A stretch of 64,000 nt of DNA from a virus (IMGVR_UViG_3300032213_002044:770-64769); one strand, 5' to 3'; positions 19,188-28,608 are shown, counted from the first letter of the stretch. A program made the numbers and translations. Notes: a model not told the origin generated them from the sequence alone.

Positions 19188-19397
19188 ATGAGTTTATTTA
19201 AATTAGGAGATGCTTCTCCTTCGGCAAGAATGACATTCCTTTCAATAGGAGTGGTAGTATTTATCGCTAATTGTTTAGCGGGATTTGAAAACATTAGTTG
19301 GGTACATTGGTTGCCACCTGTATTATTACCGTTGGCTGCTTTAACCGGCATCTGTCCATTTAAAATTGTTTGGGAGAAGTTAGGATTTAAAAAATAA
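19188..19397 (+). CDS. Small membrane protein
   Basis: 69 aa; two TM helices. Confidence 0.45.
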   Translation: MSLFKLGDASPSARMTFLSIGVVVFIANCLAGFENISWVHWLPPVLLPLAALTGICPFKIVWEKLGFKK

Positions 19398-19401
19398 AAT
19401 A

Positions 19402-19668
19402 ATGAAACAACAAACAAAGGGTAAGTTAATCAAATCGGATAAAGTATTAGAATTAATGGAAGGTGTAGGTGTGGTAATGAGAATTGCTGCATTTGGTATG
19501 TTATCCGTAATGGGAAAGGATACACCGTTTCTTTATATGTGGATATGGAATACAATTGATGCGGTGATACTTACTTATTGTGCGTGGGAAAGAGATAACA
19601 AACCTTATATCCTAATGAATACTTTTTGGTTAATAGTAGGAGCAATAGGAATATATAATTCTATCTAA
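19402..19668 (+). CDS. Small membrane protein
   Basis: 88 aa; hydrophobic. Confidence 0.45.
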   Translation: MKQQTKGKLIKSDKVLELMEGVGVVMRIAAFGMLSVMGKDTPFLYMWIWNTIDAVILTYCAWERDNKPYILMNTFWLIVGAIGIYNSI

Positions 19669-19801
19669 TGAAACGAATCGGTGATATACTAACATCTATA
19701 TTGCTTCTCCCAATTTTGTTACTCGCGACGTTAGGTGTGGGAATTTATTTTGGAATACAATTTCCATTTTGGTATTATAATCATAAAGTGAAGAAACGAA
19801 A

Positions 19802-20356
19802 ATGAATATCAAAATCAAAGGTTGGGAAAAGATAAGTGGATACACATATAAAGGTCATTGTATAGTTAATCCAATACATAATGCGGGGGAAACAAAGTAT
19901 ATGGCGGATGTATTAGATTTAAACTTACCACATAGACCTAAATGGGAGTTGAATGTGTTAGCACCGGGTCATAAATTTAAATCAGTTACCGATGATATGT
20001 TTCATATACTACTATGGGATGAGGATAAGTACAGCACTCGTAAAGAAGTAGATAAGAATATGATTTCATCTGTATCTTCTTTCCGAAACGTATTTGAAAA
20101 TTTAGTAGATGAGTTGTTACAATTAAGAAAAAAGAATTCTTTTACACAACCGGCATCAGTTACTTCATCCACCGTAACGAAGAGAGTAAACGGAGGAAGT
20201 AGTGGTATAATAAACACCGTAACGAATAGTGGAACTACACACACTACAATTGATTATGGTAAGATGATGGAAGAGTTAATCAAAGCAATAAAAGAGCAAG
20301 ATAGTATTTCTAAAGATTTTAAAAAGGCATTAACAGATGCAATAAACGATTTATAA
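19802..20356 (+). CDS. Hypothetical protein
   Basis: 184-aa ORF. Confidence 0.5.
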   Translation: MNIKIKGWEKISGYTYKGHCIVNPIHNAGETKYMADVLDLNLPHRPKWELNVLAPGHKFKSVTDDMFHILLWDEDKYSTRKEVDKNMISSVSSFRNVFENLVDELLQLRKKNSFTQPASVTSSTVTKRVNGGSSGIINTVTNSGTTHTTIDYGKMMEELIKAIKEQDSISKDFKKALTDAINDL

Positions 20357-20357
20357 A

Positions 20358-20543
20358 ATGATACTAAATAAACAATTAGTTGAATTTAATGGAGAACTTT
20401 ATTGGGTATATCGTAAAATAAAAGTGGAGCAAGTTAAAGATGCTACTGCATTGAAAGATTTTTGGATGTGTGATATTGCATTAAAACAACAAGAGTGGAT
20501 ATGGTTTTGTAGACACATTCCTGAAGCTGTAATAGAATCGTAA
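20358..20543 (+). CDS. Hypothetical protein
   Basis: 61-aa ORF. Confidence 0.35.
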   Translation: MILNKQLVEFNGELYWVYRKIKVEQVKDATALKDFWMCDIALKQQEWIWFCRHIPEAVIES

Positions 20544-20544
20544 T

Positions 20545-20784
20545 ATGATAATTAATATTTCACCGGAAGAATTGGAACCCGAATTTAGGGAAAGTTGGAA
20601 GATGGGATTTATAACACAGCCATCCATCGATTATGCCGATAATGCAATATGGGCAATCTTAGAAGGTAAGCAAGTTGTTATATTTAGATTCAAAAATTAT
20701 GGATTCATTAATGATAACCGATATAATAAATATTTCATATCAGCAGGTAATGCTGGTATAACAATTAGGATTGAATCAAATTAA
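20545..20784 (+). CDS. Hypothetical protein
   Basis: 79-aa ORF. Confidence 0.4.
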   Translation: MIINISPEELEPEFRESWKMGFITQPSIDYADNAIWAILEGKQVVIFRFKNYGFINDNRYNKYFISAGNAGITIRIESN

Positions 20785-21115
20785 AGTTATGAGAAGACAG
20801 AAGGCTCAGTTACAAAAAATAATTAAAGAGTGGAAAGATGCTTCACCTAAAGAAGTTTGGGAAGGTGTGAGAGATAACTTTATATTTGGATTTTTAGGAG
20901 CTACATTAGTAGTATTCATTGCTACCAGAACAGATATAGCAGTATTAATAGGTTATATTACATATTATACATTTATGGGTAAGATAGTAAACCGACCTAA
21001 ATACATAACTGATTTCGGAAAACTTATAGTGTTTCCTTACCCATCTGCGTTAGGTGCATTTGCAGGATATAAATTATCATATATTCTTTTGGAATTAATA
21101 AATTCAATTAAATAA
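20771..21115 (+). CDS. Membrane protein
   Basis: 114 aa; 2-3 TM segments. Confidence 0.45.
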   Translation: MNQIKVMRRQKAQLQKIIKEWKDASPKEVWEGVRDNFIFGFLGATLVVFIATRTDIAVLIGYITYYTFMGKIVNRPKYITDFGKLIVFPYPSALGAFAGYKLSYILLELINSIK

Positions 21116-21120
21116 AAGTT

Positions 21121-21375
21121 ATGAATAAAATAAAAAATTGGATATCAAACAGAATAGAATTAATAGGATTGATATTATTTGTAGTAGGATATAGTATGTT
21201 TATATTCTTTATGGGCACGATATATGAGTGGGATAAGTATCGTAGAACAAGAGATATAGGAGTTGAAATACAAACTAGAATAATTGAATATAGATTAGGT
21301 ACTACTACATTAGGTAGAGATACTTTCAATGTAATTAAAGAAGTACCTAAAATGAAAGCAGATAAATTCGATTAA
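21121..21375 (+). CDS. Small membrane protein
   Basis: 84 aa; N-terminal TM. Confidence 0.4.
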   Translation: MNKIKNWISNRIELIGLILFVVGYSMFIFFMGTIYEWDKYRRTRDIGVEIQTRIIEYRLGTTTLGRDTFNVIKEVPKMKADKFD

Positions 21376-21484
21376 ATGGAACATCCTTTTTATTGGGTAT
21401 TGGGGATTGCATTACTAGTCAATTGTTTTAATTGGTACTATATGATTTTCATGCAGAGAAAACATATCCAACATAGAAGAGATA

Positions 21485-22735
21485 TTGCAAACAGAAAGAA
21501 AGCTAAAGCAAAATAATATGAGCGATAATATTCGTAAATTTAAAAATCAATTGAGAGATAAAGTATTGAAGGTTCAGGATATGAGTGATGCTGATATTGC
21601 TATGATTAAAGAGATGATGGCGGATTCTTCTAATAGAAGTGAAACCCTTCCTTCTATGATACCATATAGACCGGTGGATGCAGATGATTTCCCAATTGGT
21701 TCGTATGGATTAGAAGTAACAGGTAAACACTATACTCACTTCTTTAATGTTTCCGACCAATATAGGTTTACTAATTCGGATATAATTAAGTTTATAGATG
21801 AGTGTGGGTTAGAACAAATTCATTCTAGAGAATATTACGTTAACTCTTCACATAGCGCATCACGTTGGTATGAGATGAAAGATGATGTAGGTGTGTTACT
21901 ATTGAACGTTACTTATATGCCTCTTAATGGCAAACTAATTCGTAATGCTAGAGATATAGCAACTATTAGAATCTATTCAAATGTTATAGAATCGGTTTAC
22001 AATACAATCGTTGAAAAGGTAAAAGGTATAGCAAAGAAGCAGAGGGAGGAATCTAATAATGTTTCATTGGTTATTGCCAGTAGAAATGGGTATGATACTC
22101 AATCGTTTGAATTACCTAAACAACAAATGAATATTGAATTGAATTATGGTAAGGATTTTACTAAAGTGCATGAAAAGATTTTAAGTACACTTAACAAAAA
22201 GAAAGGTAAGGGATTAGTTCTATTACACGGAACTCCTGGTACAGGAAAGACTCACTACTTAAAGTATTTGGCTTCTAAGATTAAAGGTAAGAGAGTGTTA
22301 TTCATTCCACCTCACTTAGCTGATTTCATTACTTCACCAGAGATGACACCTTTCTTAATTCAAAATGCTAACTCTATTCTTTTCATCGAAGATGCGGAGA
22401 GAGTAATTACAGACAGAAACACCGGAGGTTCAGTAGGTGTATCTAATATCCTTAATTTAACAGATGGAATTCTTTCTGATATCCTAAACATTCAGATTGT
22501 CGCAACATTCAATATGGATAAGAGAAAGATTGATGAGGCTCTATTGAGAAAGGGTAGATTGATTGCTGAGCATGAGTTCGGTAAGTTATCAATTGAAGAT
22601 TCTAATTCAGTATTGAATCATTTAAAGATTCCATATGAAGCAACTAAGCCGATGACACTAACAGAGATTTATAATGTGAATGAAGCGGAGTATAAGAGTG
22701 AGGAGAAAGGTAAATCAACAATTGGATTTAGATAA
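21485..22735 (+). CDS. AAA+ ATPase
   Basis: Walker A LLHGTPGTGKTHYL, Walker B ILFIEDAERV, and an arginine-finger region. Confidence 0.7.
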   Translation: MQTERKLKQNNMSDNIRKFKNQLRDKVLKVQDMSDADIAMIKEMMADSSNRSETLPSMIPYRPVDADDFPIGSYGLEVTGKHYTHFFNVSDQYRFTNSDIIKFIDECGLEQIHSREYYVNSSHSASRWYEMKDDVGVLLLNVTYMPLNGKLIRNARDIATIRIYSNVIESVYNTIVEKVKGIAKKQREESNNVSLVIASRNGYDTQSFELPKQQMNIELNYGKDFTKVHEKILSTLNKKKGKGLVLLHGTPGTGKTHYLKYLASKIKGKRVLFIPPHLADFITSPEMTPFLIQNANSILFIEDAERVITDRNTGGSVGVSNILNLTDGILSDILNIQIVATFNMDKRKIDEALLRKGRLIAEHEFGKLSIEDSNSVLNHLKIPYEATKPMTLTEIYNVNEAEYKSEEKGKSTIGFR

Positions 22736-23163
22736 TGAGAGAGTGTGGTGATTGTGGAAGATGTTGTGATGGTAGATTCAAAGCAGAAATCTTTGGAGTA
22801 CCTATGGGTAATGGCATTAAGTGTACCTACTATGATACTAAATGTGGATGTACTATATATGAGAATAGACCAGAGCATCCTTGTCGTTCCTACAATTGTG
22901 AATGGTTAACGAATGAAGAGATACCGGATTGGATGAAACCAACTCTATCAAATGTTGTCATTTCACATAAAAAGCATCCAACCGATGATACACTTTCCTA
23001 TTATGATGTAATGGAACATAGTAAAAAAATGGATTCGGTTGTATTGAATTGGGTATTGAGGTGGGCGTTGGGTAATGGGAAAAACATAATATATGAGGTT
23101 GATGGTAAGCTATATACTATAGGTAATCCACAATTTTTAGAAACATTAGATAAGATTGTATAA
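22735..23163 (+). CDS. YkgJ/UPF0153-like Cys-cluster protein (CxxCxxCC)
   Basis: MRECGDCGRCCDG N-terminal motif. Confidence 0.4.
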   Translation: MRECGDCGRCCDGRFKAEIFGVPMGNGIKCTYYDTKCGCTIYENRPEHPCRSYNCEWLTNEEIPDWMKPTLSNVVISHKKHPTDDTLSYYDVMEHSKKMDSVVLNWVLRWALGNGKNIIYEVDGKLYTIGNPQFLETLDKIV

Positions 23164-23190
23164 GGGGAGTTTGATACTCCCTTTTTTATT
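23164..23190 (+). terminator. Rho-independent terminator
   Basis: GGGAGT-TTGAT-ACTCCC hairpin then TTTTTT. Confidence 0.65.
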
Positions 23191-23225
23191 TAAAACCTAA
23201 TATTTATGTATATAAGAAAAATATT

Positions 23226-23558
23226 ATGAGATTAAAGGATATTGTATCTAATGTGGTTTCTATACCAGTGATTAATAATCAACCATCTAAAATTGCTCCA
23301 ATTGATGAAGCTAAGAAATTAGAGTTCTTCAAAGCTAACTTTATAGTAACTTCAGCTAAAGCAGGCACAATACTATTATTACCGGCTACTATAGGTGATT
23401 TGGCTAAGGTGGAAAAGTATAGTGTGAATGAGGTATATAATGAGATTATTAAATATGCAAAGAAGAAGACGGGATTGGATTTCTATGCGAGACATACACA
23501 GGGTTCATATCAGTTTACAATTGAATTGGATTACGATTCTTTAATAGCTAAATTATAA
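23226..23558 (+). CDS. MIKLKDIL-family protein 1
   Basis: N-terminus MRLKDIVSN. Confidence 0.5.
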   Translation: MRLKDIVSNVVSIPVINNQPSKIAPIDEAKKLEFFKANFIVTSAKAGTILLLPATIGDLAKVEKYSVNEVYNEIIKYAKKKTGLDFYARHTQGSYQFTIELDYDSLIAKL

Positions 23559-24145
23559 TGATTAAATTAACATCCATATTGTCGGAAGACCTTCGTAAGT
23601 GGTTCGGTAGTGGAAAGACCGGTGGGTGGGATAGATATAATACTAAGGGTGAGAAAGTTGGTAAGTGTGGGGATAGTGAGGAAGGTTCAGCTTATGTAGC
23701 ATGTTTATCAAATGAGAAGGCGGCTAAGTTGGGTAAAGATGGTAGAGCATCATTTGTAAAAAGAAAGAGAGCGGCACAATCCGATGCAGGGGATGCTAAA
23801 AAAGGTGGTGAACAAAAGAAGGGACAGAAACCTACATTTGTAAAGACAGGAGCAAGTGAGGGAGTATCAGAAGATTGGTCTCAAAAATATAAAAACTCAA
23901 TTGATTGTAATAACCCTAAAGGTTTCTCACAGAAAGCACATTGTGCTGGTAAAAATGAAAGTATGAATTTAGAAGAAAAGTTAAATCTATTTTTAGAAAA
24001 GAATGTTCCAACTGACCCACAGAAATGGGCGGCATCTATAGCTGCGGCTAAAAGAAAGTTTGATGTTTATCCATCTGCTTATGCAAACGGATGGGCTGCA
24101 AAGAACTATAAAGAGAAAGGTGGTGGTTGGAAAACTGCTAAATAG
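23558..24145 (+). CDS. MIKLKDIL-family protein 2
   Basis: N-terminus MIKLTSILSEDL; Lys/Gly-rich middle. Confidence 0.55.
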   Translation: MIKLTSILSEDLRKWFGSGKTGGWDRYNTKGEKVGKCGDSEEGSAYVACLSNEKAAKLGKDGRASFVKRKRAAQSDAGDAKKGGEQKKGQKPTFVKTGASEGVSEDWSQKYKNSIDCNNPKGFSQKAHCAGKNESMNLEEKLNLFLEKNVPTDPQKWAASIAAAKRKFDVYPSAYANGWAAKNYKEKGGGWKTAK

Positions 24146-24151
24146 GATAAT

Positions 24152-24721
24152 ATGATAAAGTTAAAAGAAATATTAAACGAAGCTTGTTGGACAGGATATA
24201 AGCAGGTTGGTATGAAAAAGAAAGGGGATAGACAAGTTCCTAACTGCGTACCTGTTAATGAAAGTGAAACTCAATCAGTAGAATGTGCGGAGTGTGGATG
24301 GGAATGGGATTTATCCGATGGTGGTAAAGACCCATATCTTTGTCATAAATGTGGACACGATAATGGGGATGATTATGATGAATTAGATGTGGAGGATTAT
24401 GAGGAAGAGGATTTCTTAAACTTTTTAAAAGGATATACTACGGAGATAAACGAAGCAGAATATCAGGGTAGAGAAGTGAAGTTGGGTAAACCAATGCAAG
24501 GTGATGTTAAGAAGTTTAAGGTATATGTAAAGAATCCTGCTGGTAATGTTATTAAGGTAAACTTTGGGCATGGTGGTACTTCAGCGGCTGCGGCAGGTGA
24601 GGAAACAATGAGAATACGAAAATCAAATCCCGATAGAAGAAAAGCATTTAGAGCAAGACACAATTGTGATACACCAGGACCTAGAACAAAAGCAAGATAT
24701 TGGAGTTGTAAAAAATGGTAA
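24152..24721 (+). CDS. MIKLKDIL-family protein 3 (Cys/His-rich; acidic DYDELDVEDYEEED tract)
   Basis: N-terminus MIKLKEILNEA. Confidence 0.55.
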   Translation: MIKLKEILNEACWTGYKQVGMKKKGDRQVPNCVPVNESETQSVECAECGWEWDLSDGGKDPYLCHKCGHDNGDDYDELDVEDYEEEDFLNFLKGYTTEINEAEYQGREVKLGKPMQGDVKKFKVYVKNPAGNVIKVNFGHGGTSAAAAGEETMRIRKSNPDRRKAFRARHNCDTPGPRTKARYWSCKKW

Positions 24722-24722
24722 T

Positions 24723-25292
24723 ATGATTAAGTTAAAAGATATATTAACCGAAGGTGTTCGTAATCCTGCTAGTATAAAAGCGTATTATGAAGCATTGTGC
24801 AAGGATTTAAAAATAACACCTCTGCCTGTAAAATTTAATAATATTGGTAAGGGTGGTGCTGCAATAACGTTCAATCCTAAAACAATGAAAGCTCTTTACA
24901 TTTCATTTAATGTAAACAGAATGGAAGACCCGGAATATGCCGTTATACATGAGATAACACATCAGATAAAATTAGAAACTGAAAAGGATGCTTATATAGG
25001 TAAAAGAGACCAATCTGCTAAGTTTAAAAAATTAGAAAACAAATTGGTTGAAAAATATATGTATTCAAAATTTTCTAATTTATTATGGAAAGAAAATAAA
25101 GAAATGAATGAAAAGTTTTCAGTACAAGGTATGCGTGCGAGAGAAATAATATCTACTATATTAACAAAGACGGATTTTGCAGCAGGAGATATTGATTCTC
25201 AAAAGAAACACAAAAGAATGATAGATGATTTGGTAAACATTCTTAATAACTTTTATGAAAAATACAATATAGATAAAAAAATTACATTGTGA
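24723..25292 (+). CDS. MIKLKDIL-family protein 4 (contains HEITH zinc-peptidase-like motif); start moved to the internal Met
   Basis: Listed ORF 24666-25292 has in-frame MIKLKDILTEG at 24723, directly after the upstream stop. Confidence 0.5.
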   Translation: MIKLKDILTEGVRNPASIKAYYEALCKDLKITPLPVKFNNIGKGGAAITFNPKTMKALYISFNVNRMEDPEYAVIHEITHQIKLETEKDAYIGKRDQSAKFKKLENKLVEKYMYSKFSNLLWKENKEMNEKFSVQGMRAREIISTILTKTDFAAGDIDSQKKHKRMIDDLVNILNNFYEKYNIDKKITL

Positions 25293-25837
25293 TACGATTA
25301 AAAGATTTACTTTCGGAGACAGATAAACGATTTGAGATACCAAAAAATAAGTGGGCTCCAATCATGCGTTCCGAACTACCTCGTTTTAAGGCAATAATAT
25401 ATGATTTGATTGCAACTGCTTATGCACCAATAGGTGGTCATTCTAATGTAAAAGATAAAGAAGACCTTCCTGATGAGGGTGATTTCTTTGATGTGATAGA
25501 TGTAGATGGTGATGATGAAATAGATGCGGTTACGATAGCTAAATACAAAACAGCTGGTAAGAAGTTTGTTGCATTAGGGCATGATGGTTCTTCAGCAGGT
25601 AAATCGGCAGCTGTGAATCATCAAGTGGATAAACTAAAGAAGGGTGGATATTATGTAGAGGTTTCCGGTAAGATGAGAGATATATTTATGGGGAAAGGTT
25701 TAGTACCCGTTACCGATGAGGATGCCGTTCGTAGAGCATTAAAAGGTAAAGAACTTAAATGGAATGGTGATGGTTCATATGATAGAAAAATAGCTGGAAG
25801 TATGCACACCAAAATGATGTTTGGAAAACCGAAATGA
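25289..25837 (+). CDS. MIKLKDIL-family protein 5
   Basis: N-terminus MIRLKDLLSETD; 182 aa; clear paralog of the next gene. Confidence 0.55.
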   Translation: MIRLKDLLSETDKRFEIPKNKWAPIMRSELPRFKAIIYDLIATAYAPIGGHSNVKDKEDLPDEGDFFDVIDVDGDDEIDAVTIAKYKTAGKKFVALGHDGSSAGKSAAVNHQVDKLKKGGYYVEVSGKMRDIFMGKGLVPVTDEDAVRRALKGKELKWNGDGSYDRKIAGSMHTKMMFGKPK

Positions 25838-26382
25838 TAAGATTAACTGAAATATTAAATGAGTTAGAAATACCTCCTAATAAGTGGGTAACCTTAGATT
25901 TAAAATCCATAGATAATGAGGGTATAGAGGAGATATGGGATATGTATAAAACTACCTACTTAAATGCAGGTATGGATTTATCAGCTAATTCTGCTTCCGA
26001 ACTCCAATCTAAATACAAAGCAACTGCATTGAAAGATGTAGATTCGGATAAGAAGCCAGATGCTTTCATCATATACAAACCAACTAGATTTGGTAATAAG
26101 ATTGCCCTATTGGGAACTAACAATAAGAAGAGTGCAAAATCAGATGTAGTTAAAAAGGTTATCCAATTGTGTAATACAAATGGATGGTTTATTGAAGCTA
26201 GTTTGAAGATGGAGGATATTATGAAATCATCTGGAGCACCAGTGGTTAGAGATGAGCAAAAGATAATGGATATATTGGGTAGTGATAAGAACCCTGAATT
26301 TATAGGAGATGGATATTACACTCGTAAGTTATCCAAAGTTAACAAACGAATTGTAAAAAGGATATACGGAAAACCGAGATAA
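25834..26382 (+). CDS. MIKLKDIL-family protein 6
   Basis: N-terminus MIRLTEILNELE; 182 aa. Confidence 0.55.
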   Translation: MIRLTEILNELEIPPNKWVTLDLKSIDNEGIEEIWDMYKTTYLNAGMDLSANSASELQSKYKATALKDVDSDKKPDAFIIYKPTRFGNKIALLGTNNKKSAKSDVVKKVIQLCNTNGWFIEASLKMEDIMKSSGAPVVRDEQKIMDILGSDKNPEFIGDGYYTRKLSKVNKRIVKRIYGKPR

Positions 26383-26398
26383 ATTAATATTTATACCT

Positions 26399-27070
26399 AT
26401 GAGATTAAAAGATATACTAAAAGAATCAACTGAAGCATCCGACATCATAAAAGATTTGGATAAGGTAAGAACTGATTTAATAAAGAAAGTGGATGTTCTT
26501 ATTGCTAAAAAGAAGAAACTTTATTCGGATGTAGATATTACTACACCTATGTCGGCGGATGAAAAGAAATTAGATAAGGATATACAAGATATATTTTCTC
26601 AAATCCAACAGATAATCCAACAAAAAAGAAAGATTAAGAACGAATCCCTAAACGAAGGTAAATACTATGTAGGGTATAACAAAGGAAGAGGACAAGGAAC
26701 AGGAGTATTTAAAGATGTGTTTTCAACATATAAGGATGCTAAAAAAGAAGTAGAGAAAATTGAAAAGCAAAGAGGTGGTTCGTATAATCAAATTGCTTAT
26801 TATGTAGCAGATGAGAAAGGTAATTTTGTTCGTGAGGTGATGTTAGGAGAAGGTAGAGGAATTAAATCTATTCAATCAGATTTAGATAAAACAGTTATTG
26901 CGATAGAATCCGAAATTGCTTCTTATAAAGCAACCAAAGGAACACCACAAGAAAAGAAGCACATCGATAACCTTAAGAAACTACATCCTATTAAAAAGAA
27001 ATTACAATCGGAATTAGATATGGTGGTTAGTGGATTGTACAGAGATGCTGAGTTAAAGATAGAGGATTAA
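26399..27070 (+). CDS. MIKLKDIL-family protein 7
   Basis: N-terminus MRLKDILKEST. Confidence 0.55.
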   Translation: MRLKDILKESTEASDIIKDLDKVRTDLIKKVDVLIAKKKKLYSDVDITTPMSADEKKLDKDIQDIFSQIQQIIQQKRKIKNESLNEGKYYVGYNKGRGQGTGVFKDVFSTYKDAKKEVEKIEKQRGGSYNQIAYYVADEKGNFVREVMLGEGRGIKSIQSDLDKTVIAIESEIASYKATKGTPQEKKHIDNLKKLHPIKKKLQSELDMVVSGLYRDAELKIED

Positions 27071-27094
27071 CACATATAAAATATTATAATACAT

Positions 27095-27122
27095 AACCCA
27101 TTGATTTTCAATGGGTTTTTTG
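27095..27122 (+). terminator. Rho-independent terminator
   Basis: AACCCATTGA-TTTT-CAATGGGTT then TTTTT. Confidence 0.7.
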
Positions 27123-27129
27123 TTTGACG

Positions 27130-27215
27130 TAACTCGTTGATACTCAATCAAGAATTTTTAAAAATAATTGGATAAAAGCTTGTAAGTTCCAGCCTTTTTC
27201 GTATCTTTACTATGT
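27130..27215 (+). promoter_or_regulatory. Extended promoter/leader repeat, copy D
   Basis: TAACTCGTTGATACTCAATCAAG ... AAAATAATTGGATAAAAGCTTG ... TTTCGTATCTTTACTATGTAACAAAAGATA. Confidence 0.5.
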
Positions 27216-27230
27216 AACAAAAGATAAGAT

Positions 27231-27338
27231 ATGTACAACGAATCGATTTCAATTTTAGAGGCCATCATCATTGGTGGAGTTTCAATTATTGGGTATGTGT
27301 TAGGTAAGACGGTCTATGAACATTATTTTAAAAAATAA
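27231..27338 (+). CDS. Micro-ORF: 35-aa hydrophobic peptide
   Basis: MYNESISILEAIIIGGVSIIGYVLGKTVYEHYFKK immediately after repeat copy D; a similar 35-aa ORF at 17184-17291 follows copy C. Confidence 0.3.
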   Translation: MYNESISILEAIIIGGVSIIGYVLGKTVYEHYFKK

Positions 27339-27395
27339 TTGGTAAAATGCTTGGATATATGAGCGGAATTACCTATCTTTACTATGTAATAAAAA
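27327..27395 (+). promoter_or_regulatory. Extended promoter/leader repeat, partial copy E (lacks the upstream TAACTCGTTGATACTCAA box)
   Basis: AAAATAATTGGTAAAATGCTTGGATATATG ... TATCTTTACTATGTAATAAAAAATGAGAG. Confidence 0.45.
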
Positions 27396-27992
27396 ATGAG
27401 AGATATGAAAGCTAACAAAAACAAAATGAAATTTAATTATGCGGGGATGACTTTTGAAGTTCCTGCTGAGTGTTTAAGAACTACTGATTATTGGGGTAAA
27501 CCTTTGGAAACTCCTTATATCAACATCGGTAGAAAGGAAGTTGCCTCTATGAGTAAGGCCTTCGTTAAAAAGAACTATCCTAACCTTATGGTATGGGGTT
27601 CATCTGAGACTTTCGCAAATGGTAACTCCGTTTCGGTTTACGTTTGTAACTCAAATGGTTCAGATTTGGATATTGAATCTAAAGAGTGGAAAGAGATTGC
27701 CGGATTCGTTCATTCCCTTTCCGGTGGTAAGTACAATGGTTGGGAAGAGATTTATGAGTATGGTGATGGGTTCGTAACCGAAAATGGTACAAAAATTGAG
27801 AGTTGGGCTAAGTATGTTCATTGTAACAACGCCGCTCCACATGGTTCGTGGCCTTCAGCGGTTAAATGTTTGAAAGGTTTGATTGCCGGTGAGTATGTGT
27901 TCGGACCTCTTTCAATTGAGAAAGCAATTGAGAAAGCTAAGAGTTATGGTTATTCAGAATCGAATATCAGTAAGGCTTTGGGGTTAATTTAA
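27396..27992 (+). CDS. Hypothetical protein
   Basis: 198-aa ORF beginning ATGAGAGA like the other repeat-associated genes. Confidence 0.55.
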   Translation: MRDMKANKNKMKFNYAGMTFEVPAECLRTTDYWGKPLETPYINIGRKEVASMSKAFVKKNYPNLMVWGSSETFANGNSVSVYVCNSNGSDLDIESKEWKEIAGFVHSLSGGKYNGWEEIYEYGDGFVTENGTKIESWAKYVHCNNAAPHGSWPSAVKCLKGLIAGEYVFGPLSIEKAIEKAKSYGYSESNISKALGLI

Positions 27993-28033
27993 AAAAATAT
28001 TCAAAAAGACTTGGTAGATTGAAATAATTTTCG

Positions 28034-28041
28034 TATCTTTA
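28034..28041 (+). promoter_or_regulatory. -7 box TATCTTTA of a Bacteroidetes-type promoter
   Basis: TTTTCGTATCTTTAC at 28028-28042. Confidence 0.4.
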
Positions 28042-28142
28042 CGAAGTAAAAGAAAGGGATTAAATCAGAGAGACCCCTATTATAAAGTTCTCTTAAAACA
28101 AAAACCTCCATCAGTAGGAATAATCAAACTGAAACAATTATT

Positions 28143-28322
28143 ATGGCTAAGAAGTCAAAAGCAACAATGTACGAGACAGTATCTTCTAACATCCAAAAGA
28201 TTACAACTCCATCTGGAACTGTAAACTACAGAGTAAGAGTTGGATTCAATGGTGAGGTATTATCTCAATACGCTAGTTCTTTGAAGAAGGCTAAAGCGGT
28301 AAGAGCTGAATTAATGGCGTAA
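28143..28322 (+). CDS. Small basic protein with AP2/integrase-Arm-like DNA-binding motif (59 aa, unlisted)
   Basis: ...PSGTVNYRVRVGFNGEVLSQYASSLKKAKAVRAEL resembles YRxRxxxxGKxxxLGxFxTxEEAxxA; terminator follows. Confidence 0.35.
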   Translation: MAKKSKATMYETVSSNIQKITTPSGTVNYRVRVGFNGEVLSQYASSLKKAKAVRAELMA

Positions 28323-28351
28323 TTCCATTTAAGTTCTTATACTTATTACTA

Positions 28352-28384
28352 AGAAGGGGTTACCTTTGGTTTCCCCTTCTTTTA
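28352..28384 (+). terminator. Rho-independent terminator
   Basis: AGAAGGGG-loop-CCCCTTCT then TTTT. Confidence 0.55.
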
Positions 28385-28443
28385 CTACAAAATTTACAAT
28401 CAGTTATATAAATTTAATTAAAACAAAACAAAAAACAAAACAA

Positions 28444-28608
28444 ATGAAAAAAGTAATCGCAATTTTCGCAATCGCAGCTTTGACTGCATGTGGTGGCAAA
28501 GGTACATCAACAGAAGCAACTACAGATTCAACGGCAGTAGCTGTAGATTCAACTGCAACTACAACTGATTCTACATCAGTAGCAGCTGATACTACTGCAA
28601 CTAAGTAA
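28444..28608 (+). CDS. Small lipoprotein with Thr/Ser/Ala-rich repeats (start moved to the internal MKKVIAIF Met, downstream of the terminator)
   Basis: Signal peptide MKKVIAIFAIAALTAC with lipobox LTAC; repetitive TDSTAVAVDSTATTTDSTSVAADTTATK. Confidence 0.5.
   Translation: MKKVIAIFAIAALTACGGKGTSTEATTDSTAVAVDSTATTTDSTSVAADTTATK

Noticed and set aside
28366-28443. N-terminal extension of listed ORF 28366-28608 (MVSPSFTTKFTISYINLIKTKQKTKQ)
   Set aside because: It overlaps the terminator hairpin at 28352-28384 and precedes a perfect lipoprotein signal peptide starting at the internal Met, so the longer form is unlikely to be translated.
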